A stretch of DNA of 60,344 bases, counting the filler, from Sphacelaria rigidula (Eukaryota), in the NCBI GenBank assembly GCA_964200075.2. It is 4 parts of 4 records of this genome, joined end to end, with 100 filler letters (N's around TTAATTAATTAA, not from the genome) between each part and the next. Parts side by side here need not be neighbours in the genome. Positions count along the whole stretch, not along the records: positions 15,113 to 30,123 come from CAXNAA020001941.1; positions 30,224 to 45,234 come from CAXNAA020001942.1; 2 more parts are not named here. One strand, written 5' to 3'. Both the position numbers and the translations under genes were made by a program. Position 1 is the stretch's first letter, and each line of letters begins with the position of its first letter. Positions 24,470 to 35,300 of the stretch are shown here, piece by piece. Under the pieces are notes generated by a model. The model did not search any database. It worked only from the letters and a program-made list of their open reading frames with translations, and was not told the DNA's origin.

Positions 24470-24755
24470 ATGATTCATACAGCATGGATCACGTGAGTCA
24501 TGTACTTGTTTCCCACCTTGCTTTCGTGAGAATGAATTATATACTCATATCTCCCACCTTCCGTTCAAAAAAGGTGAATCAAGCGTACATGTACCTCCCC
24601 TTCCATTCATACGAGGTGATTCGCACGTACATGTTTCCCAATTTCCGTTCACGCAGCATGCATCATGCATACATGTTCTCCGCCTTCCACTCGTACGAGG
24701 TGAATCAAGCGTACATGTTTCCTAATCTTCGTTTATGCAGCATGAATCATACGTA
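24470..24755 (-). repeat. Further block of the 42-bp minisatellite (about 7 units)
   Basis: Units such as TGAATCAAGCGTACATGTTTCC.AATTTCCGTTCA.GCAGCA alternate with CATCATGCATACATGTTCTCC.CCTTCCA.TCGTACGAGG. Confidence 0.75.
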
Positions 24756-24879
24756 CAGTCAAGTACGATTGGCGACGCCGGTCAAGCAACCATCACTTGA
24801 AACCGCACACGTGGTCAGGGGTGCCCTGTTTAGGTGGTTGACTGGTAGTTTCCAGCTCAATCAGGGGATATTTGTAATT

Positions 24880-25745
24880 TTTTCGTCTTCGGAGTTTTTC
24901 AATCGTTTTCTCGCGTACCACCGCTCATCCCTGTGAATGTTTGATCTCAAACTTTGTGGATCGGGAAATATTAGGCATCCGCTCCACATTCCGAAACAAA
25001 AGTCATCTCTGCACTCGATATTGAACGACTTATGGGCTGACCAGTCCTCGGGGGTTCTGCGACTATCCAGCCGTAGTTTCTGACCCTCGGGTATTTTCGC
25101 TCAGTTCTAGCAATTCCGACTGCTCTCGTGAACAAATGTCAAGTTCTTTTTCTTCAATTCCTTCCTATTCATTGCGCTAGAGCTGAAAAAATATGCTTTT
25201 TGGGACCAGTGATGGTCGATGACACCCCGTGATATATGAAGTATTTTACTCCGTATCACCCCGACAGCACCAACTTGAGGATTGTGCTCTGAGCACGACC
25301 TACTTATTTTCCCAATTCCAATCGACGCTAGGACCTTTGAGTGCTGAGGAAAAATACTGTACGAGAAAATTCAGAAAAATACGCAACTACGAAAATCACC
25401 CACCCGAGCTCTGTATGCGACGGGGAGGGGAGGGGGGGGGTTAATCAATCCCGATTGCTCTTGTAAATAGTTTTACAAACTCTCATTTTTGACCATCACC
25501 TTTTCGTTGCGCTAGAGCCGAAAAGAGATGTGTCTTGGACCAACAGCGGTCACTATTAATAGTAGTAACCCCTGTCAACTCAGCCCGTAGGTCGTTCAAT
25601 ATTGAGCGCCAATACGACTTTTGTTTCGAAATGGGGAGCGGCTGCCTTGTATCCCCCGATCCTCACACTTCCGGATCAAACGTTCGATAGGATGAGCGGT
25701 GGCACGCGACAAAACTAGCAAAAATCGCCGACTACGAGTTTAATA
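24880..25745. mobile_element. Degenerate foldback/TIR element with ~160-bp inverted arms (~24880-25040 and ~25580-25745)
   Basis: CGCGTACCACCGCTCATCC...GATATTGAACGACTTATGGGCTGA is inversely matched by TCAGCCCGTAGGTCGTTCAATAT...GGATGAGCGGTGGCACGCG. Confidence 0.6.
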
Positions 25746-27722
25746 TCGCAAAGTTGTGCGCGAACTCGCAAGCATCCATTTTAAGCAAGAGGTCAAACCG
25801 TTTTTTGCGCTCATTTCTCAAGCCTTTCGAAATAAAGGAAAACGGAATAACATGCGGCGAAAACCAAGGGCATGGCAAAAACAGAGCCACCACAGAAGAA
25901 ATCCTCGATAATTCATCTTTTCGACGAACTAAAAAATTGCTCAAAACGAAAGTAACTGAAACTGCAAAAAAAAGCATGGGCACAGCGGAAATAGACGGAA
26001 ATAGTCGTCGGACCTACCGGCTGATGTTGCATCGCGGGAATGAAAACTCGCGTGCAGCTGCAGAATATTCGCAGTATTCGAGGGCTCGAATATGAATTCC
26101 TGTACATGAAGTGACAGGATTTCTACACCTGAAATTTGAAAAGCCATCCTTCAGTGTCCACCAACCGGACACACTTGAAGGACTTGAACACACAACCGTC
26201 CGCAAAGCCCCCACAATGTCGGTTTACCATGACGCTTGGGCAACGGCTCAGAACATCTATATTCAACAACGTGTTCGGCATGTTGCATTCCCGTGTTCAT
26301 TGCATCGGAGGTCAGGAGGAAGGGGGGGGCGGGCGGCGGGGGAACCCAACACAGGGGCAACAAAATACAAAATACGTTGCCAAAGTTCGGCATCCCCTCT
26401 GACACGCTTGCGTTGTTCGAAACCTCAGCTGGCCGAAAAAATGTTGTGTCATTGGAACGCTATCGCTGACAGCTGCCCATGCACGGGTTTTCTTGATGGT
26501 GCATGGCCAACGGTCTCAAGGACAACGAAGACGACAATCACATCACCGACGGCAAGGGGGACGTGAAGGTGTGTAGCACACATCGTCCGCTGTCACGCCA
26601 CAGGCCGGTGCATGATGTATCCCATCAGAGGCAGTCCGGCTGTGTCTCTACTCTTGTATTTATCCCATTGTTTCTTGATCCCCTGCTCCACTGGACTCCG
26701 CAACACCGGTACACACACCTACCAAGACGGCGCGGAGCGTAAGCACGCTGACACCGTAGCCAAGGGTACCTGGCTGCACGGTTCATGATTTTTTATGCTC
26801 ATGTCTGACTTCAGCCCGACGCCCAAAAGATGACACGTGCAAAACATGAAAGCTGCAACAAGTCACCTACCGATTAGTTTTTGTGAAACATGTTCCAGCG
26901 TGAAACTTTCCGTCTGGGGTAAAACAACCCACCTTTCACCAACACCAGTATAGACAACGGCAGACAGTGGCAGATAGGGCTCTCTGGCCTAGAGCCGAGG
27001 CACGATGCACAGTTGGTTGCGGACAGGTGCGGTGCAATTGAAGCGGTCAGTGCAACATCAAGTCATCTTCCACCGTGGCTACTCGGCATTAGACATCCAC
27101 AGGCGGTGACACGCTGTGCGTTGGTCGCTTTTAGCTCCGAACGTCACATAATTTTTTTTTCTATGGTTTTTTATCTGCAACAGTGTGCTGAAGAACTTAG
27201 GGGCACGATATCACGATTTCGAATTTTTCTGCTTACGGGTTTGCGGGTCTGAACAGGGCATTACAAATGCTAGAAATGGACAGAATCCCTCGTACCCAAC
27301 ACTTTTCTGTGACTTCTGCAAGCAACACACGCCACAAGGGGTCATGCCGACGGCAGCAGGAATGGCAGCCCTCGAGATTCTTCAGGTGTGCACCGGACAT
27401 CTTTCTCTCATTTCGTCAACAAATGCGCCAACCTGTAACACGATATGTATATGACAAGAGCCTTGCAGCAGACCTTTCACTCGGTTGAGTTGGCGGTCTA
27501 AACAGGGGGAGGGGTGGTATCTGAAACATCGTATCGGAGGGGAAATAAAATGGTCATGCGGTCTGCTAATTTGACAAACATGGTTGCGGACAAAACCCGC
27601 CGGATAATATATTTTCAGCTCATGTTCACCCCCTTTGTGATCAATCTTACGCCATTTTTTCACCGCTTTGGGCAAGTATCCCGGTTAGCAAATTCCATTG
27701 TTCGTTAAATAGTCTAGATCTG

Positions 27723-27809
27723 TGACGGTTTAAGAGACAACCAACTAGACTACTGAAAAGTCAGCGCTGACTTGGTCAGTAGCCTAGTTGGTAGTCTCTT
27801 AAACCGTCA
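27723..27809. repeat. Near-perfect 87-nt palindrome/hairpin
   Basis: Left arm TGACGGTTTAAGAGACAACCAACTAGACTACTGAAAAGTCAGC; reverse complement of the right arm TGACGGTTTAAGAGACTACCAACTAGGCTACTGACCAAGTCAGC. Confidence 0.9.
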
Positions 27810-28339
27810 TAAAGGTTAGTCGCTGGTTCCATTCCCGATCGGGGGGAGATATTCAAAACAAGGGCATACGAACGATGGCGTTTGCCCAAGCCCTTGAGGG
27901 GGACTGAAAATCCATCTTTGTGGACACATTCATGAAATTTGCAATTTCTAGGAGTATGCATGGTGAATATATTCACCTCGATATTACAAGCTGCACATGG
28001 TATTTTGCATGGGATTTGAAGAGGGAGTGTCTTAGGCTGTTTGACCAGGAGTCTGTCAGGGGTAGCGAAGAACAAAATCAGGACACGTAGGCCACAATAT
28101 CGAAAATTTGAGTTTTTGAGGGGGGAGGGGGGGACACCCAGCCGTGTCTCCCCTGGTTCATTGCCGAAGCGTTGAACCGAGAAGTGAATTTGTCGTTTGC
28201 AGGCCCATTGTACCGCCAATATGTAGAGTTGGACCCTGAAATTTGGTGTGGACAATGAAAAGGGCATAATAAAAAACAGTTACCAGTGCAGACAACGTTT
28301 TTATTTTTTTCATGAGTTAAGAGAGTTTAGTGACGGGGT

Positions 28340-28955
28340 CAGAAAAATTCAGAACAGTATTCTGCAGGCCACTCACCGGCCCACGTTTGGTGTTTGTGTG
28401 TTGAAACTTTGTTTGGGCCGTGGCTAGTGCATAATTGACGAAACAAAGGGAGCCAGGTTGTTTTTTTTCAAAATCTGTTTTAGGGCGTTTTAGTATAGAA
28501 ACGACCATTTTTTTTGCGAGAACGCCCGAACCTTTCGTCACCTCTCTAGATATAGCGTTGATAAACATTGAAAAGAAAAAAATAGAAAAATAGACAACAA
28601 CACATANNNNNNNNNNGAGCGCCGCAACACCCCCCCCCCCCCCCAAAAAAATGTTCAAACCACCAAGGGAACCAACAAACAACGACCCCCCCCCCCCCCC
28701 CCCCGAAAAAAAAGTGAGGGCCTTTTTTTTTATTTATTCAGCATAGCTCTGTAGTTCTTTATGCTGAGTTTTGAATCATCACAATTCTAAAAATTGAGCT
28801 CGAAAATTGAGATGAGGCCCAAGAACGGTCTTCATTTCTCCTCAAAACTGCCCCAAAACCCCGAAAAAACTGAAACGAAACGAAAAAAATAGAAAGAGCT
28901 GTGTATATAAACTTTAGTATGCACTAGCGGTTCTCCATATGATTTTTCATAGCAT
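28340..28955 (+). repeat. Dispersed repeat family R3, copy 1
   Basis: Colinear homology with 46550-47008 (AACAGTATT.TGCAGGCC...GGCCCACGTTTGGTG...CAGCATA.CTCTGT...CTAGCGGTTCTCCA...TTTCATAGCA). Interrupted by low-quality poly-C/N sequence. Confidence 0.75.
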
Positions 28956-29444
28956 AAGGCTACTTCTTATGTATCGAAAAACACGTTTTCTGATGAATGA
29001 CCAAAAACCCACTTATTATGTGATCAGAAAACGCGTTTTCTGATGAAAACTTTTCCGATAATATTTTCCGATAGCCCAAAGTTATCAGAAAATCACGATT
29101 TTCTGATAACCTTGAGCTATCGTAAAACGTTATTGAAAAAGCGTTTGAACTCGTTTGAAGACGTTTGAACACACATTACAGCCCGCTACAGCACCTGTAA
29201 TGGCTTGGCTGACATCACTACTAATGCTGTCGCCGGTGCTCGCGGGTATTCAGCGTGTTGCATCATTGTCCTTCGCTCGCCAGTAGCGTGGTGGCACTTT
29301 ACCCCATGAGAATAGTAGAGGGCAGGGTCGTCAATGACAACTGCTGTACAGACAGGATAGTCTATGCTGTATGTTGTCCGTACAAAATATTGTAGCTCAG
29401 TTCATGTCTGTGCACGCGTGTTGCGAAGAGCCGTCGCAATGCTT

Positions 29445-29830
29445 TACAGACTGCCCATGCACCCAAGCCCGGTAGGGACAGGACCGGACTGACAGTACAC
29501 ACAAGACTATGAGAAAGGTAGTGCTACTACTGTAGTACATCCAACGCATACAACACAACAGTGTTGTCTGTACTGTTGTCTGTGGTGCCCGTACAACCGA
29601 GTACTACAGTGCAGCGAACTTGCAGCTCAGTTGAGGACTGTGTATGCAGCTTGTTGCGAACAGGCGTCGCTTTGCAGTACAGACTGCCCACGCACCCAAG
29701 CCTTGTAGATACAGGACCATACTGACAGTACACACAGGACTATGAACAGTGCTACTGTTGTAGTACTACAGCTGATGCATGCAATACAGCTCTGTTGTGT
29801 GTACTGTTGTCTGTGCTGTCATCTCAGTCA
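29445..29830 (+). repeat. ~233-bp-period tandem duplication
   Basis: TACAGACTGCCCA.GCACCCAAGCC..GTAG..ACAGGACC..ACTGACAGTACACACA.GACTATGA occurs at 29445 and 29678. Confidence 0.75.
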
Positions 29831-30123
29831 AGTACAACTGTACCGTGCAGTGAAAAAGCACAACCGTCACTTCTACAGTCAGTTGGTACAGCAAGGCCGT
29901 ACTCGTATTCTTATTGATGGTCTTGCGTCACGCAGCCCACCATGTGTTGCTCGGGCAATGTATCACAGAAGTACAGCCAGTCAGTACGGACCGTACACCA
30001 CGACAGGACAGCAGAGTGCTGCGTCTCTCTCGCGCGCTCCAGACGTCGAAATTTTGCCTGCACACCTCATAGGAAACGATGAACACTGCGTTTTCAAGAT
30101 TGATAGTGCGTCGATCACGTAAG

Positions 30124-30223
30124 NNNNNNNNNNNNNNNNNNNNNNNNNNNNNNNNNNNNNNNNNNNNTTAATTAATTAANNNNNNNNNNNNNNNNNNNNN
30201 NNNNNNNNNNNNNNNNNNNNNNN
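30124..30223. other. Artificial contig-joining linker
   Basis: 44N-TTAATTAATTAA-44N. Confidence 0.97.
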
Positions 30224-30296
30224 CTCGGCTTTGTAGGGATGCGAGGTCAATGGTCTGATGACTATGGCATGCATGATCATGAGTACACCCCCCCCC
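30224..30296 (+). repeat. R1 repeat, 3' fragment at the contig start
   Basis: Matches the R1 3' end and is followed by a C-run. Confidence 0.85.
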
Positions 30297-30492
30297 TAGG
30301 GGTTGGCATCAGTTGGCAACGACGCTGTAAAACACGCCACTCACTACGTGAATTGGGCAACCAGGTTACCGCTTTTCCCTCGCTCTCCCGTTTTAGCTGT
30401 AACCATGATGGTGGACGAGTGAGAAACTTTTGTGCGGGGTAGAGAAGCATAACTTTGCGCAAAGGGGAGAATCGTACCACGCAGTGTTTAAA

Positions 30493-30787
30493 TGGTGGGA
30501 CACCGCTGAAGCAGGGTAACCTGTCCCTTTCTCTGGGAGTGGCGATACCAGAAAATGAAGTGATCCATTGGAGACTCCCGTCCATATCCAATATCATGAG
30601 TACACTTCGGGCCAAACAAGCTCAGCAGGATTCAGCTCAACCCACATGCGACTCGCCAAACACACCACGGCGCTTGGCGCTTGGTGGTTGCTTGCCTGGC
30701 CCAGCGAAAACCCAGCGTGCTTTGTCCAAGGTTTGTACAGATGCGAGGTCGATGTCCTAGTGGCGTGCAAGATCATGAGTACACCCC
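30493..30787 (+). repeat. R1 repeat, diverged copy
   Basis: GTGGCGATACCAGAAAATGAAG...GCGACTCGCC.AACAC.CCACGGCGCTT.GCGCTTGG...GCAAGATCATGAGTACACCCC. Confidence 0.85.
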
Positions 30788-32394
30788 TCTCGCCGGGGGG
30801 GGGGGGGGGGGGGGGGCCGGGGGCGGCTTGTGGCGGCCCCCTCCCGCGGGGAACAGGGGGTCGGGGGCGGTCGTGTGCNNNNNNNNNNGATCCACGGTTG
30901 TGTGGGTGGGGGGTGGGGCTTGCGGGGGCCGGGGAAGCTGAACGTCCCCCCCTCTCGGGGGGGGGGGGGGGGGGGGTATGTTCCTGGGACGATTGTTGCG
31001 AGCCCCCTTACGCTGGAAATCGGGTGTCCGTGAAGATCATGCTCTCTTATTTTGTTCTCAGATGGAGAACCGTTTCCTAGGTTTCTACAGTATAGACTTG
31101 AGCGGCCAACGTTTTAGTCAATGTAAAAAGGCTACAAGGAAGGCCATCTTCGCGGGAACATAGTTCCGACATCAGTTCGACAATATCTGGCGAAGTTTCA
31201 GAACTCCAAAAAAATCGAAGAGCGGCCGCGTTCAATTTAGTGGTCTACCGTCAACAATTAGTTGGCCGATTTTCTATGAATTCGCAAAAATCTCTCTGGG
31301 AAAAATTGAACCCAGGTATTGCTTCCACGAGCAAGTTTCTCCATCTTTCCAACAAAGCTGTCATTGGTATATGCGTCACACAATGGCCCCAAACGGACCG
31401 AGACTTCACCGTCCAAACATTTGGTACTATAGGCCTATTCAAAGAAACGCGGAAACGATAATTACGCTAAAGCAACGCCAAGTAGGTAGGACATGCTAAC
31501 CATGACTGCAGTAGCTGTCGTACGGAATATAGCGCGCGGGACAACAAGAACAAATGCCCATCCTCGATTATCTCGATACCTGTGGGCAGCCAATCCATCA
31601 AAATGTGTCGTCGGAAGTATCTCGTTGAGATCGCTTCGTCAGAGAAGATCTCATGACAGTACAGGATCTTGTTTTTAGTCAAAATCCAGGGTCAGTGTTC
31701 ATACCGCCCAAGATGCTACACAGAGTACAGGACCTACGGTGTCGAAAAAAGGACCGACAGTGGAACATGACAAGGAGCGCCACGCGGGATATACTACGCT
31801 GTATATTACTGCTTGAGCCCACAGTACCATATTTTTACACATAATAGAATATTATGCCCTTTTTCTCTTCTTTTTCCTTTTCGTATTTTTTCTATCATCT
31901 GCTGGGTCGTATTGGTGTTTGTGTGTCACTACCACATAAGTGGCGAGTGAAAGTTGATACCGAAATAGTGCGGTCCCCGGATAGCTCAGTCGTCACTTGT
32001 TTCCACGGGGTTGCTTCTTGTTCGGCCTCCTTGTCTGTGGCCGTGGGAAAGACCTGTCGGGAGTTTTTGCGGGGACCGGTACTCGATCTCAGCCTGACGT
32101 TTGCCTTCTCTATTTTATTCTATCCCTTCCGTTTGTCCCAGTTTGTTATCTGCTAGTACCCGTATTTATTTCATCAACTTCCCCAATTCTTCACTTTACG
32201 TCAGCGGGTGTCCTCGTTTCTTTACCTTGAGTACGTCTATGCCATCACCACGGTTTTTCTGTAGGATTAGTCAATGGGCGACAACCAATCGATCGTAATA
32301 CTGAACAGGGATCCCACACTCGTCACTAGAGAACGAAAATGCCTTCATCTGCAATTGTGTCAAAATCGAATGAAAGCAACATTTGTATCGACAG

Positions 32395-35300
32395 GAGCTC
32401 ATGTCTGAAACCCGGCTACGGAGGGCAGAGTTGGAGCAAAAGATGGAAGGGAAGCATCGAGAAGCAGCAGAGATGCAAGCCAGGTGAATAGATAGATTGA
32501 AGCATAGATCGATACATGCACCAATAAATAACGCATGAAAACGCTCGTAATTTGTCCCTAAAAAGCATACCTCCTCTGTCTCATAAGTTATGTTACCTGA
32601 ATTTGTACGAGCCCTCGACCGTGTCCGATCTGTTTTTCGTTTTTTGTTGAAATCTTCGGTGTTTTTCGAGTAAAAAACATGGGTTTTTTTTTCAGCAGGT
32701 ACTTGAACCATACGGCCGAACGGCCGAAACAAAATCAGTCGGCGGCCCCAAAATGACCGTATTCCACGCCTCTCCCACGGAACTTGTGACGAAAATACGC
32801 CGTTATGTTGAGTTTGTAGTGATGATTTGGATAATGACCGGGGACACTAGGTTAATACCTTGGCGTGTCTAGGTGGGTGCCTTGGAACGGCATTCCATGA
32901 TAATGATGTGTTGTGAAGGCTGACGACTGAAAGTGAGACCAGTAAGTCTGGAGAGTCCCTCAACAGCAGTGATCCACCAGCCCTTTTTCTGGCTAGCGGC
33001 ACAATATCGCGATATTAGTGCTAGTGTTAGTGCTTGAAACCTGCTCGAAAGGATTTCGGCGGAGGAGTCTGGAGGCTGGGGACAACCTGAAGCATCACGG
33101 ACGCGTGAAGGGGATTCAAGCTGATGGTAGCTGCAGAAAGGCGGCTGGCCTGTGATTGATCCAGACTGGATACTTCCTGAAGCTGCGTGCAGCCGGACTT
33201 TAGAGGCTCCTACAAATGTGTGGTGCGGCGACGAAACAAGAAAGAGTGCAATTCGCGAGGGTCCACTGGCCTGCAAAAGGTTCACAGATAGCCGAATACA
33301 GCTATGACGACACCCATGGTCATGCGGGAAGAGTGCGACGTCCCCAATACGGGGATAGGTACTCGAAGAGTGCATCTCGCACTTCTATTACAAAGTACTT
33401 TGAGTACAAGACGCGTGTGAAGCACACTAACGCAGGGGGTGCTGCGCGACATCAGGTGGTGTCAATGGCTCAACAAGTACCAACTCATATGCAGAGAGTG
33501 TTTGCTAGATTGGAGCATGAAAAGAGCATAATCACCCCGCCGCAATTGGTTGCGGCGATCAGAAAGCATGCTGGGCATGCGGCGGGTACTTGTCACTGCT
33601 GTGGCCAAGTCGGCCATTACGCGCGCGATCGCCCAACGTCTTCAGGTTGAGAGTCTAGGCAGTCTCATGCCGCGCGCCATCAGCATCGTCAGCATAAGGG
33701 CAAAAGACGAGGTAGTCGGGGTGGTGGCGGCGGCGAATCCTCCGGCGGTGGAAGATCGCAGTTGAATCCTCAGCAGTAGCAGCAGCAGCAGCGGCGTCAG
33801 TATGGATCTGGTTCTGGGTCCGGCGCCGCCGGAGGTACAGCTGCTTCGCAACGGGCGGTGCAGGTGGGACTGACTTCTATAGTGTCTAACACTGCGCCGG
33901 CGCCGGCGGTGGCGCCGGTGGCGACACCGGCAGCAGCGCCAGGCGCGACGCGTGCTGACGCGCTGGTCGGAGGTTCGCCAAATTCTTGGTCTGCTGGCTG
34001 GGGGTCATACCCGCCGACGGTGCCGTTTGAACTTGCCGGGGCGTCTTTGCCTGCGCAGCTTGCGCAGCTTGCGCAGGAGTGGCGTCAAGTGAAATTTGCG
34101 GCGCATCGGTCGGCGAATAGAGTGCCAGTGGAGTATGTGGACAAATACGTTCCTGCGGAGCTGTGTCTTCCAAATCAACGGGAGCGTGGGGCCAATGCGG
34201 TTCGAGCTGGGTTGGATTCTGGCGCCCACTTGACGGGTCATGTGAGTGTGTCGGTACAGATCGGAGAGATGTTAGAGCGTCTTCTCCCGGGTGTGCCGCT
34301 GCGCAAGCCGGTTTCGCTCGGGGCGCGGCAGGCCGTCACCGGGTCGGGTCAGCGTGTTTACGTCACAGAGCGTACTGTTCCGCTGCAGCTGACTTTCACG
34401 ACTTCCTGGGGGCTGGCGATGTTGCCTCCAATCTCGTTTGCGTTTATGCCGGGGTCGGATGGCGTTCTTCTCCTGGGGTTGCCGATGGTTCAGGATATTG
34501 GAGTCAACGCTCGGCGGTTGTGGGATTTCATGAAAACGTGGACGTCTCCGCCTGATCCACGCTTGGAGACGCCTGTCTTTTTGGGCAGTCGTCGCGTGAG
34601 TTCGTCGGTGGATACGTTTCAGGAGGCTGGAGGGCAGGTGGCCGAGGAGCGGGATGCGGCGGTGGAACGCTCGGTAGAGCGCGACCCGGACATGTTGATG
34701 ATTCCGGCGGAAGAGGAGTCCGCTCGGAAGGTCGCGCTGGAGGAGAGCGTGACGGATGCTGGGGCGACATCCTCAGCGTCCCAAAAGCGGAGCGTCTGCG
34801 CGGCATATTGCATTGCCGCGTCAACGCGTTTCGTCGTGTGCTGCGGGGTGATCCTCCTGCGCGCGTGGAGCCCATACGTGTTCAGCTAAAACCTAGGGCG
34901 TCCGCGGTGCAGACGACGCCACGACGATACGATCCAGTGAAGTCGAGTTGGTTGGCGTCGTGCATGGCGGCTTTTTGGGCGCTCGGGTTGGTGTTACGGT
35001 TTTTGCAGGCGGGGTGGTCCAGTCCAGATATGGCGTCTCCGAAGAAGGCGGCATCGCCGACGGAGGGCAGGCTGCAGGCGTGGGCGGCAGCGAAGGGTCT
35101 GGTGGCTCATGCCGTGACGCTGTTCCATCCTCGTCCTGATTGTCAGGTGTCAATGTTTCCGGTTGCATCTGAGTGCCACTGGGGTAGTTTGGTCGTGCAG
35201 GTGCCTACAGTTGAAATGCAAACGCCTGTGCGCGCTGTGGCTGTGTATGGTCCGTGTGAACCTGATGACTCGATGCCGTCCAAATCTGTTGCCCGCCAAG

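Noticed and set aside
23583..24936. ORFs 23583-24161 and 24484-24936 with 14-aa periodicity
   Set aside because: They are explained by the 42-bp minisatellite; no splice structure or homology recognised.
26470..26570. Exon-like segment LPMHGFS*WCMANGLKDNEDDNHITDGKGDVK
   Set aside because: It has an in-frame stop, no partner exons and no recognisable family, so it cannot be supported.
30795..30980. G-quadruplex-like poly-G tracts (also 28625-28705 and 60245-60330)
   Set aside because: They are adjacent to N-gaps or the contig end and look like low-quality homopolymer sequence.
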